From Octopus sinensis (lineage: Eukaryota), in NCBI RefSeq assembly GCF_006345805.1, contig NC_043013.1, positions 41,974,001-42,038,000 of the forward strand: a stretch of 64,000 nucleotides of DNA, read 5' to 3'. Each line of letters starts with the position of its first letter. Position 1 is the first letter of the stretch. This document shows positions 51,461 to 63,773 of the stretch, piece after piece. The notes beneath the pieces were generated by a model that ran no database searches, was not told the origin of the DNA, and saw nothing but the letters and a program-made list of their open reading frames with translations. A program made the position numbers and the translations under genes.

Positions 51461-51740
51461 TACTTTGCCAGTGAGACATGAAAGGCCCCTGTGCCGGCAA
51501 CATGTAAAAGACATCTATGTTGGTGACACATGAAAGGCAGCTGTGCCAGCAATGTGTAAAAGACATCCATGCCGGATGTCTTTTAGAATGGTATTGTAGA
51601 GTAGGTGTGATGGGCTGGATCTGGTCAGTTGTATATAAGAAACCCAGTACACTTTGTGGAGTGGTTGGCATCAGGAAAGGCATCCCAACAATATTGACTG
51701 GAGCCAGGTGCAGATTGGAGAGTGGTTGTGAAATGATGGT
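51440..51740 (+). mobile_element. Degenerate RTE 3' UTR (family C) contiguous with the minisatellite
   Basis: CCTGTGCCGGCAACATGTAAAAG subrepeats, then GGAGTGGTTGGCATCAGGAAAGGCATCC. Confidence 0.7.
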
Positions 51741-51855
51741 GATGGTGATAACCACTAGCACCACCCTGTTTATATCAATCTCTTCTAGCCCCCACCTATA
51801 CCAATATCTTAACCCTTTAGCATTCAGATTCTTCTATCAAATGTATTTTACTTAC

Positions 51856-52188
51856 ATTATTTACATTTGACGGATATTTGTCCTCATCTTGTTTGTTGTT
51901 GTGGTTAAGAGCACATGCTGCTAACTCCAAGATTCTGAGTTCGATTCCAGGCAGTGACCTAATAATAATAATAATATAATAATAATAATAATAATAATAA
52001 TATCGAAAAATACCTTAGGAATGAGAACCCAGTTTCGAAATTTCTCCAAGACACCTGATGAAGGCTGGAGGGTGTATCAGCTGAAATATTGTGTTAACAA
52101 AACGGCAAGATGAGGACAAATATCCGTCAACTGTAAATAATGTGCATAATTCCTCATCTCTTAAATATAGAACTTGTATTTTACTTAC
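51856..52188 (+). mobile_element. tRNA-headed, hammerhead-tailed non-autonomous retroelement with inverted 5' fragment and 14-bp TSD
   Basis: TGTATTTTACTTAC at 51842-51855 and 52175-52188; tRNA-like head 51901-51959; (AAT)n; hammerhead motif 52050-52095; 38-nt inverted repeat 51854-51891/52106-52143. Confidence 0.8.
52050..52095 (+). ncRNA. Minimal type-I hammerhead motif (CpG-decayed)
   Basis: GACAC CUGAUGA A GGCUG..CAGCU GAAAU AUU GUGUU; stem I GACAC/GUGUU pairs. Confidence 0.55.
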
Positions 52189-52254
52189 TCTCATTGTTTT
52201 GAATTAATCCTGTATTATTTCATGACTTCAGGATCTCCATGATGCCATCAGCCA

Positions 52255-52760
52255 TCATCATCAATGTTTAACATCCATTTTCCATGCTGGCATGGTTTGG
52301 ACAGCTTGACAGGACCTGGCATGGCCAGGGGCTGCATCCGGTTCCATTATCTGTTTTGACTTCGTTTTTGTGGCTGGCTGCCCTTCCTAGTGCCAACCAC
52401 TTTACTGAGTGTAGTGGGTGCTTTTTACATGTCACCATCACCAGCATCATCATCATCATTTAACGTCCGCTTTCCATGCTAGCATGGGTTGGATGATTTG
52501 ACTGAGGTCTGGCGAACCAGACTCCAATCTGATCTGGCAGAGTTTCTACAGCTGGATGCCCTTCCTAATGCCAACCACTCTGAGAGTGTAGTGGGTGCTT
52601 TTACGTGCCACCGACATGAGGGCCAGTTTGGTGGTACTGGCAACGGCCACGCCCAAATGGTGCTTGTTACGTGCCACCTGCACAGGAGCCAGTCCAGCGG
52701 CACTGGCAACGACCTCGCTCGAATATTTCACATGCTACCAGCACAAGTGCTGGTAAGGTG
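52255..52760 (-). mobile_element. Two tandem RTE 3' UTR fragments (family C)
   Basis: CATCATC..TTTAAC.TCC..TTTCCATGCT.GCATGG tails at ~52255 and ~52445. Confidence 0.85.
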
Positions 52761-53326
52761 AAGCATGTGATTGTATATTTTTAGAATGGCATTGTAGGGT
52801 AGGTGTGATGGGCTGGATCTGGTCAGTTCTAATATAAACAGGAAGAATATTTTGGCTGGATATGGCCAGTTTAAATGCTAAAGGGTTAAAGCCATCATAT
52901 TCACCACCACCACCACACTCTGGCGCTCCCTTATACACTACATAAACTCACAACCCCTACATATGCATACATGCTTACACCATAAATGCTTTCTTTCTCT
53001 CTTTCTCATTTACAGATATACATACACACACTTAACCATACACACACACATGGTCCTTGCTCACGTACACACTCTCTCAGACATACTCATACACACTCAC
53101 TTAAACACATGTATACACACTCTCTCACATACTCATCCACATGCACACACATGTGCGCGTGCACACACACACTGATTTCTATACACACACATACACATTC
53201 ATGCACTTTCTCACACACACACACACCAGCGTACACACACATTAGCTTACACATGCACACACACTTATACATACACATTAACATGTATACACACACGTTA
53301 ACACAAATTTATACATATGCATTAAC

Positions 53327-53385
<59 letters not shown>

Positions 53386-53777
53386 TATACACATTAACAT
53401 ATATACACACACATGCACTTTTCCTCCCACACATACTCTCACACACTAACTCACACATACACATACACACACTATCCCTGCTCACACAGGCACACACATA
53501 CACTCTCCCCCTTTCTCCTCCCCCACACATACTTTTCAACATCTTACACATCCCCACCCCCGTCTATCTATGTCCCCGTCTCTTGTTACCAGTCACTAAT
53601 ATAATTATAATGTCACAGAACTTTTATGTCTTGGTGTTTTGAGTAGAGGTGGGGGTAGTGGTAGTGGTGGTGGTGGTGGTTGCAATAACGGTGGTGATGG
53701 TGGTAGTAGTGGTCGTGGTGGTGGTCCCAATAGTAGTTGTAGTGATGGTATTAGGTGGTGGTGGTGGTGGTGGTTGT

Positions 53778-54006
53778 AAGGCGGCAAGCTGGCAGAAACG
53801 TTAGCACGCTGGGCGAAATGCATAGCCGTATCTCGTCTGCCGTTACGTTCCGAGTTCAAATTCCGCAGAGGTCGACTTTGCCTTTCATCCTTTCGGGGTC
53901 GATTAAATAAGTACCAGTTAAGGGGTCGATATAATCGACTTAATCTGTTTGTCTGTCCTGGTTTGTACTCTCTGTGTTCAGCCCCTTGTGGGTAGTAAAG
54001 AAATAG
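53778..54006 (+). mobile_element. SINE family B, near-intact
   Basis: Matches 28932-29160. Confidence 0.9.
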
Positions 54007-54204
54007 GTGGTTGTAATGATGACAGTGGTAGTGGTATTATTGGTTGTGGTGGTGGTCATAGGGGACATGCAGTAGTAAAGATTTTGGTAGTCATGGTGGT
54101 ATTGATGATGATGATAATGGTGATGGCGTTAGTGTTTACAGTGGTGGGATCTTTTTAACCTCAGTCACAAATTTTTTAATTAATTTTTTTAACTAAGCAT
54201 AGAC

Positions 54205-54470
54205 GTAGGAGTGGGTGTGTGGTAAGTAGCTTGCTTACGAACCACATGATTCCAGGTTCAGTCCCACTGCATGGCACCTTGAGCAAGTGTCTTCTACTAT
54301 AGCCTCAGCCGACCAAACCCTTGTGAGTGGATTTGGTAGATGGAAACAAAAGAGACCAATAGAATAAGTACTAGGCTTACAAAGAATAAGTCTTGGTGTC
54401 GATTTGCTCGACTAAAAGTGGTGCTCCAGCATGGCCACAGTCACATGACTGAAACAAGTAAAAGAGTAAA
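54205..54470 (+). mobile_element. SINE family A with internal deletion of the microsatellite region
   Basis: Head joins directly to the AAAAGAGACC..GAATAAGTAC tail. Confidence 0.8.
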
Positions 54471-55504
54471 CAGTTTGAAACTTGACTGAAATTGAAAAGA
54501 TCCCTAGCGGTGTTGTTTAATTCTGATTGACGACATTCCATCCATGACCAGCTCGTCTACTCCTTACGTGCAGAAAAACCCACGACCACATCATTGAACT
54601 TGACCCCTTTTCTTTTTCCTTCGAGACATGGGATCTAGTTGAAGGAGACTTGGCTGTTGTTTCTAGCAGCTCAAGCAACCAAGCAAAGCTCCCTTATTGA
54701 CTTGTGGTGAAGGTGGTAGTGATGATAATAGTTATGATATTAGTAGTAATAGTATTGGTGGTGGTGGTGGTGGAAGTATTGGTGATGATGTCTATGGTAA
54801 TGATGATGATGCTGGTGACAACAATATTTGTGGTGGTTCTGATGGATGGTAGTGGTGAGGTTGGCAGTAGATGACAGTTGTGGTATTGGTGGCGATGTTG
54901 CTAGTAGTATTATATTATATGTTCACGTTAGCTTTGGCATCGTATTACTTAGGGAGGGGCGATTCAGTCTGGGACAAGTTGAGCTGCAGGGGTGCGCTTC
55001 CAGTGACACTCCTAAGCCCTACCCAGCCACTTGTTAACTGTTTTGGGTGCGTGGGACACAGTTTCGTTGGACACTTAACCATAGGGGTGTGCTACCCAAC
55101 ATTGCACACCTTAATTTATGGTGTTGCTTAGCCCCTGGTCAGGTCTAATCCTGCAAACCTACGATCAAAGTATACTAGCTGTGATCTTCCTATCATTTTG
55201 TTTTCAGATTATAGTTACCCCTGAACTATATATTATCTTACATAGCCTTCCTTTTTTATGGGTGTTGGATAGAATTTGAGGAAGATTTATCCATTTGGGT
55301 ACTTCGTTATGTTACTAAGCTGTAAGAAACCTTTTCCCACTTTTACACAAATACAGAATTTAGGTCGTTGCTTAATAATTGGATAAAGCAAACTTACTTC
55401 AAGGAGACTCGTTGTGGTCTACATCAGCAAGACTTGAAAAAAGTGACAGAATAAGTACAATAAATTGTTGTGGGGAGCAGATGTCTGCTCTCCACTTCTT
55501 GTCT

Positions 55505-55790
55505 TGAGACAGCATTTACCTTGGGTGGGTTGAGCTGGCTTCATTTATCCTCAATGCTGCATCTCTCACAAGCACTGACCAGACCTGGCGATTTGAGGCT
55601 AATGACCACGTGATCTCCAACCACTTCTTATTCCAGTGGTGAATGCCGTAGACATGGGGGCCTAAGTTGGGTTCCAGATCAGCCTTGACTGTCATCAGCC
55701 AGGTTTTTCGTTGTCCACCACATTGCTTTCGCCAACCCTGAAGGGGAGCTGGGGCAATTGCTTCGTAGATGAATTCTCCCCACAGCAACC
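55505..55790 (-). pseudogene. RTE/RTE-X LINE ORF2 C-terminal remnant
   Basis: GWRKQCGGQRKTWLMTVKADL..W..LASNRQVWSVLVRDA resembles RTE-clade C-termini. Confidence 0.65.
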
Positions 55791-57662
55791 TACAGTATGC
55801 TTTCTGATTGGAGGTGAGTGGCTTTAGAGTGTTAGACTCGTGATTATAAGATTATGGTTTCGATTCCTGAACCAGGTGACACGTGTTCTTGACCAAAACG
55901 CTTCATTTTATGTTGCTCCAGTCCACTCAACTGGCAAAAATGAGTAATCCTGTGACAAACTGATGCCCTGACCAGCTGGGGGATTTATGTGCCATGAAAC
56001 TGGGAAACTAACCCTTATGTCTTGTGAAGGTACTTTTTCTATCCAACATATCAGGAGTATCTGTCCAAAATGTTGGTCACTTCACTTCCCATAACAATTT
56101 TTCTGTACATTTTCTGTTGCCATATTAGAATCTAATTGATGTCATTTATGGCACCAATGATCTTAAGAATGACTCTTATAACCTTTTCTAAAAATTCATT
56201 AGGCATCAATTGAGCCAACATAGGAGTCCTTACATGATTGTTCAAACTGCTAGAAATAACAGCTGTATCATTCTCACATCATGCCGTTCTATTTTATGAA
56301 AAAGAACGATATATTGAATATTTCCATAATCTTTGATATCCAAAAAGATAGAATGGCTAAGAGCACAGTTCAGATGTCCTTTGTTGGATCAGCAAACCTT
56401 AGATCAAATCTTTACTGGATCATCTTTGACCCAAGGCTAAATGATAAATCAGATATCAAGTCCCTACTTAAGAAATAAAAATTATTAGCCTGGCTTCTAT
56501 TCACTGTTCAAAACCACTTCACTTATATCATTGCTAATGCTCTCTTCCATGATAAAGGCATGAATTTCAAAAATCTCCTTTACTTCCATTCTCTGTGAAT
56601 TAGAGGTTATGTAATCGCTGTGAGAAATCAATATTATCATGAAGTTTAGTGGATGGTAGTATCAATGAAATGCTAAACATCATGGCTTGAAGGTCAGTGG
56701 TGGGCAAACTTGATGGAGTACTAAGTAAAACTGCTTGAAGGTTGATGTACTGCAGAGCTGGAGAAATGCTGGAGAAAATAGTTTGAATTATTTTAGTGTA
56801 TGATGATAAAATTGGAAGCATGTTGCAGAAAGTGGTTTGAAAGTTGGTGGCTGACAGTATTGGTAATGTGCTGGACAAAATGCCGTGTAATACTGGGGTA
56901 AGGCAATGAGCTGGCAAAGGTGGCAAGCTGGTGAAAAGGTGAGTTGGCAGAGTTGTTAGTGTGCTGGACAAAAATGCTTCGTGGTATTTTTTTTTTCCAG
57001 CTTTTTACCTTCCTTCCAAGTATAAATACTGCCAAGGCCAACTTCATCTTTCATCTATTTTTAGGGTTGATAAAATAACATACCAGTCAAGTACAAGGAC
57101 CAATGTAATCAACTAACCCCACCACCCCTAAAATTGGTGGCCTTGTGAGCTCAACCCATGCCAGTATGGAAAACAGACATTAAATAATGATGATGATGAT
57201 GGTGATGATGACTAGTTATTTCAGTTTATATTGAACATTTCCATAATCTTTGATATTCAAAAAGATAGAATGGCTAAGAGCACAGTTCAGATGTCCTTTG
57301 TTGGATCAGCAAACATTACTTCAAATCTTTACTGGATCATCTTTGACCCAAGGCTAAATGATAAATCAAATATCAAGTCCCTACTTAAGAAAGTTCAAAT
57401 CCCACAGGAGTTAATTTTGCTCTTGATCTTAGCTGATTAAAGACTAGTTATGTACAGAAGTCAGTCAACTTGATTAACCCCATGCCTTAAATTTTGTGGC
57501 CATGTATCTTAGTTAGAAAACATGACAGCTACAGATGACTTTGATACCAGTAATTCATACTCTGTTACTAGCTACATGTTGTCAGTGTTTATAGACACGA
57601 CTCTCAATGACCAAATCTATCTAACTAGAAGTGGGTATCAGAAAGTAAGAAGAGGCCTCCAT

Positions 57663-57706
<44 letters not shown>

Positions 57707-57707
57707 G

Positions 57708-58100
57708 CAGTGACTGTGTGGTAAGTAGCTTGCTTACCAACCACGTTGTTCTGGTTTCAGTCCTGCTGCATAGCACCTTGGGCAAGTATCTTCTACTATA
57801 GCCTCGGGTCGACCAAAGCCTTGTGAGTAGATTTGGTAGACAGAAACTGAAAGAAGCCCTTCGTATATGTATATATATGTGTGTGTGTCTGTTTTTGTCC
57901 CCACCACCACCACCACCACTATTGCTTGACAACCAATGCTGGTGTGTTTACATCCCTGTGACCTAGTGATTTGGCAAAAGAAACCGACGGAATAAGTACT
58001 AGGCTTGCAAAGATTAAGTCCCAGGGTCGCTTTGTTCGATTAAAAGGTGGTGCTCCAGCATGACCACCACAATCAAATGACTGAAACAAGTAAAAGAATA
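57708..58100 (+). mobile_element. SINE family A
   Basis: Full layout present. Confidence 0.88.
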
Positions 58101-58132
58101 AAAGTATATATATATATGTGTGTGTATGTATG

Positions 58133-58167
<35 letters not shown>

Positions 58168-58373
58168 ATGTATATATATATATATATACTCACACACCAT
58201 CTTTCCAGCTGTTGCTCATAAAGATGAAAGATTTATTACACGTGGTTCTCAACCATTTTTTACCTATATAATACAGGTAACGGATACCGATAGTATTACG
58301 GGTATGTTATCCCTTAGTTATTATAACCGCTAACTCTCTTTACACTATATATATATATATATTTCCTCTCATG

Positions 58374-58500
58374 CCTTTCAGTTGAAGAGCATAGGCTCAA
58401 AACATCAAGGGTTTTTCCATTCTTCCCAACTGTCAAACTAATTCACCTGCTTGTTGTTCCCTCACCTGTCTTTGTCTTTGTTTTCTGTACATTCGTACTA
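58374..58500 (+). mobile_element. Solo Penelope-like terminal fragment with degenerate hammerhead motif (58374-58411)
   Basis: TTGAAGAGCATAGGCTC identical to 31057-31073; downstream tail similar to 31087-31175. Confidence 0.65.
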
Positions 58501-59345
58501 TGTATACACACACACACGTGTGTGTGTGTGTGTGTGATTGTGTTATATACATTGTGCAGTGTGCATATTTGTGTGTGTTGAGTATACATGTGTATATATC
58601 TGTATATCTATGCATTGTGATGTATAGGTATTTATCTGTTGCGCAATGTATGTATATTTATTATATGATGTGCATGTTAACGAATGCTGTGGATTGGTAT
58701 ACCATATATGTAACAATATACACACACAAACACACACACAGTGTTGTGTAAATATTTGTCATAATTTTGTGTTGTTTATATATAAATTGTAAGTGTGTGT
58801 ATGTGTGTGTGTATGTGTGTGTGTATGTGTGTGTGTGTGTTATTTCTCCTACCACCACTACCACACCACCATCTTTGCAATATATTTACAAATTAGGTTG
58901 AACGGTTTTTTCTTCCTTTCTTTCTTTATTTCTTTCTTTCTTTCTCTCTTTCTTCCTTTCTTTCTTTATTTCTTTCTTTCTTTCTCTCTTTCTTCCTTTC
59001 TTTCTTTTTACTCCCCGCAAGATTCATCTGAACGTGCAACTTTATAATAATAGAAATATTTCCGCCTCTTTCTCCCCCTTCCCATCCCTTTCTTCTGTAC
59101 CCCCCTCCTCTTGCATTTCTTCCTTTCTTTCATTCTCTCTCTCTTTGTATATTTTTACTTTAACACCCTCCCCTTTTCTGTGTTTGTGTGTGTGTGTATA
59201 CATACATAGACGTGTGTGTATGTATGTTTGTATACATACATATGCTTGTGAGCATGTGTATACCTATATACATATCACATGTATATATATATATATATAT
59301 ATACGCACATACACATACATATATATATATACACACACATACATC

Positions 59346-59378
<33 letters not shown>

Positions 59379-60289
59379 ACATATATCCCTATGTATACTT
59401 GTCCTCGTTTTAACATTTGCATCTGTCTTTGTTTTAATTGTATTTCTTTCTCCCTTTCACTTTTCTTTCTAAATTGATAATTATAATTGAAATAATAATG
59501 GAATTCATAATAATAATAATAATAATAAAAATAATGATGATTATGATGATGATCTGTTTTGCCTCAAGGGCTGCAAATCAAAAAAATAATAATGCAAAAA
59601 AGCAAGCAAAATCTAAACACATCCAAAACACACACAGTGAGGTTGTGTATATGTGTGTGTGTATGTGTGTATTATGTATCAGTATGTGGTTTGCTTGTAT
59701 GTGTATATGTATGTGCTTTTGTGGTGTGCATTTGTATGTGTGTGTGTGTGTGTGTGTGTGGAGGAGGTTTAGACAATTACAAACATTTAGTAAATGGAAA
59801 AATATAATTTATTAATATGAACGAAATTTAATAATATAAATAAAAATAAATAAATAAAAATAATACAAAATAAAAATAAACGAATAAATATAATTCCACT
59901 CAAAAGAAAATGGGTTACAGCCCCATCCCGCCTTCCCGGCCCCACTGCCACCACTACCACTACTATGCCTCCCTCGGGAGAAAGATTCAGTGGGGGTTCT
60001 CTGAATTCCCAATTTGCTTCACCTTGAAAATGGCCTTTCTGAAACACCCCCCTCTCTTCCATTCCAGACCAAATCCTGTAGGTGTGACCTTCCAGATCTA
60101 TCGATCTGTTTATCCACATTGTTCTTGGCCTCCTTTATTTTTACCTCCACTACCCCCAAAATATTCTCCAAGGGTAGTACACTACTTCTCCCCTTTTTTT
60201 TTCTGCCTCCCTCCCCCCCCTCTCTCCCCCCTTCAAGCTCTCACTCTTCTGTCTTTTTTATAACCTCTCTTAGTCTGCTCTGAGATACA

Positions 60290-60337
<48 letters not shown>

Positions 60338-60338
60338 A

Positions 60339-60379
<41 letters not shown>

Positions 60380-60674
60380 AACACACACACACATATATAT
60401 AAACATATATAGATAGATAGATATGTCTGTGTATGTATCTCCTTTCATTTTTCCTTCTCCTTCATAATATGTATGCTGTATATTTATGTACACACACAAC
60501 ATAAATGTATATAAAATCATATTACATATGTGTATATGTGTGTGTGTGTGTGTTTATGCAGTTATATAAGATTTAAACATTAATGGAAAGACGTGTGTAT
60601 GCATGTCTGTATGTGAGTGTACTCATTCTCTTCTCTCGTGTCTCTGCCTCCTTTTCAATAATAATAATAAATTA

Positions 60675-60885
60675 AGGTGGCAAGCTGGCAGAATCATTAG
60701 CGTGCTGGAGGAAATGCTTAGCGATATTTCACCCATTGTTACGCTCTGAGTTCAAATTCGGCCACGGTCGACTTTGCTTTTCATCCTTTCAAGGTCGATT
60801 AAGTACCAGTGAAACACTGGGGAGTTGATGTAATTAACTTATCCCCTCCCCAAAAATGGCTCCCCTTGTGGAAAAATTTGAAATC
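60675..60885 (+). mobile_element. SINE family B
   Basis: Head, core and (ATT)n tail. Confidence 0.8.
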
Positions 60886-60942
60886 ATCATTATTATTGTT
60901 ATTATTATTATTATATATATAACCATTGTTATATAACAGTGA

Positions 60943-61258
60943 AGACACATGGCTCAGTGGTTAGAGCGTCGAGCTTACAATCGCGAGGTTGTGAGTTCGA
61001 ATCCCGGACCGGGCTGTGTGTTGTGTTCTTGAGCAAGGCACATTACTTCATGCTGCTCCAGTTCACTCAACTGTAGAAATGAATTGCGACGTCACAGGTG
61101 CCAAGCTGTATCGGCCTTTGCCGTTCCCTTGGATAATACTGGTGGCGTGGAGAGGCGAGGCCGGCATGCATAAACAACCTTGCCCAGACTTGTGCCTGGG
61201 GGGGGGGGGTAACTTCCTAGGTGCAATCCTGTGATCAGTCATGACCGAAGGGGGTCTC
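60943..61258 (+). mobile_element. SINE family D
   Basis: tRNA-like head that does not fold into a full cloverleaf, followed by a CORE-like domain; homologous to 15285-15600. Confidence 0.82.
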
Positions 61259-61941
61259 AGCATATAACTATTATGATAATGGATAACGAAAACCACAATA
61301 GCAATGGAAAATGTTTTGTAGGTTCGTCTTTGTTTTCCATCTTTCTAACAGTTCAGTAAAATAAAATACCAGTCATGTTTTGGGGAATTTTTAAATATGT
61401 TTTCTTGATTCATAGGACTCATCATGCCAGTTGCTTGGTTTCAAGGTGTATGAGTGACTGAGATCACAACACACTACCTGGAGGGGATGCTAGTCTTTTG
61501 CAAGGTCCATGACCAGTAAGTTTTGTAGGAAGGGAGACAAATCAATGACATTGAATCCAGCTCTTGACTGGTATATTATTTCATCGACCCTGAAGGGACG
61601 AAAGGTAAAGTTGACCTCAGCAGATTTTGAGCTCAGAATGAGCAAATTTTGAGTTCAGATCCGGAAGAAATGCTGGTAAGCATTTTGTTTGACATGTCCA
61701 GGATTCTACCAGCTCCCTATTTTGTCCTATATTAGGGGTCAATATAACTAATCACTTCTAACCCAAATTTCGGGTCCCTGTCCTTTTCATTGAAATCGGT
61801 GTCCCTTTATGTTCTCTAGTCAACTATCCCTTTTGTTGTAGTTGTTTTTATTGTGGTTGTTTAACCCCAGGTCATATCAGTTGAGCAGGACTATGATCAA
61901 AAGGCATTAAAACCATGACCCTCTTGTCTTTCTATTTATAC

Positions 61942-62606
61942 CAATAGTTCTCAACCTTATTTTACCTATGGACTCCTTTGACTCCTATATTACTAAGGGC
62001 AGAGCGACCTTCATACCCATACAATGTCTCTTTTACTCTTTTTCTTGTTTCAGTCATTTGACTGCAGCTATGCTGGAGCACCGCCTTTAGTCGAGCAAAT
62101 CAACCCCAGGACTTATTCTTTGTAAGCCTAGTACTTATTCTATCAGTCTCTTTTGCTGAACCGCTAAGTTACAGGAACGTAAACACACCACCATCAGTTG
62201 TCAAGCGATGTTGGGGGGACAAACACAGACACACAAACATATACGCACACATACATATATACGACGGGCTTCTTTCAGTTTCCGTCTACCAAATCCACTC
62301 ACAAGGCTTTGGTCAGCCCGAGGCTATAGTAGAAGACACTTGCCCAAGGTGCCACGTAGTGGGACTGAACCCGGAACCATGTGGCTGGCAAGCAAGCTAC
62401 TTACCACACAGCCATTCCTGCACCTATAAACTCATCTAAAAACTCCCATTATATTTTTATAATTAAATATTATTAGGAATCGTATAATAATTATTAAAAT
62501 ATTTTGTGTATTGAGGGAATAAATCCAGTTTATTGTAGATAAATTTTAACAACAAAATCTTATATGGGCTCCCAAAAGCCATATAGGCCCTGGTTGTGAA
62601 CCACTG
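61942..62606. mobile_element. hAT/Charlie-like MITE interrupted by a SINE A copy (62031-62424, minus)
   Basis: CAATAGTTCTCAACC and GGTTGTGAACCACTG ends; 8-bp flanks ATTTATAC/ATTTAGGC. Confidence 0.75.
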
Positions 62607-63773
62607 ATTTAGGCAATGTTATCTAGGGACTCCAGTGTATTGTATCTTTCACCTTTTTAAAGCTGGTTGATAAAATAAGTATATATAAAATAAGTCTGCC
62701 CTTATCGGTCATGTATTGGGGGATAATGTAATAAGATTTATCCTTCATCCATGATTTGTGGTCTTGTGTCTGAAACACTTGAACACCAAACTAAAAAACA
62801 TGCAAAATTTTGCTGCATGTAGCTATGTTCTGGGTTCAAATCATGTCAAAGTTGACCTCACTTTTTTTTCTTTTCACTTCAAGGGTTGAATAAATAATTA
62901 AGTACAAAGCGTGAACTAAAAAGGGCCTGGAGATTCAGTCCGTTTTTTGTACAAAAATGTTATATCCTTTCTTGACTTAATCTCAAAGCTGTTTACCAGC
63001 ATCTAGCTTTAAGGTGACTGTTCTGATGCAAATACGTAGGTCACATTGATTATTTGGGGTTCATTTTATCAATTAACTCCTCAAAACAGCTTGCTTTGTA
63101 CCTAAATTAGAAACCATTGCTACTGTAAAGTGGTTGGCATTAGGAAGGACATCCAACCATAAAAACCATGCCAAAGCAGAGAGTGGAGCTTGGCACAGTC
63201 CTCTGGCTTACCAGCTCCTCTCAAACCATCCAGCCCACACCAGCATGGAAAACAGACATTAAATGATGATGATGATATTTATATTTGATCATTCTATTGA
63301 GGAGATTGATCTAATAGTTTACTTTCTATCACAAATAATACAATGTATTTCTTGGAAGTCTTACTTATAAATAGTAAAAATTTATAAATGCTTTAGATTC
63401 CAATGAATGCTCTAACTATATTCATAGAATCATTTACAGCTGACCTTTTCACAGCAATCCGCAGGTGTTCCATGAGCTTTTTGAAGTGAATCAGAAAATG
63501 CCAGGGTATTTAGAAAATTTGTGTGGTCTTCTATTTTTTTTCACTGCTGCATCAGTACATGTATATCTCTTTGCAGCTAAGTGCAGTATATGCACTCGTC
63601 TCTGTTTTAAACTGAGTTAGTATTCTTTATAGGTGTAGGTCCATGTGACTAGTATGGTGCTAAACTAACCAATGCCTTGTGAATGAATTTGAATGACAGA
63701 AACTGTATGGAAGCCTATCATATATATATATAGATATGTTTATTTTTTTATGTATATGTTCATATATATGTAG

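Larger units (their letters stand above)
51813..52885. mobile_element. piggyBac-like MITE carrying nested insertions
   Basis: TTAA-CCCTTTAGCATT ... AATGCTAAAGGG-TTAA; interior segments match 33262-33478. Confidence 0.85.

Noticed and set aside
49513-51764. Longest ORFs in the track (473-735 aa)
   Set aside because: They are translations of the stop-poor 27-bp repeat; several frames on both strands give the same 9-aa periodic peptides.
60945-61016. tRNA gene
   Set aside because: A and B boxes and the D-arm are present, but anticodon, T and acceptor stems do not pair and the sequence continues into a SINE core. The other SINE heads fail in the same way.
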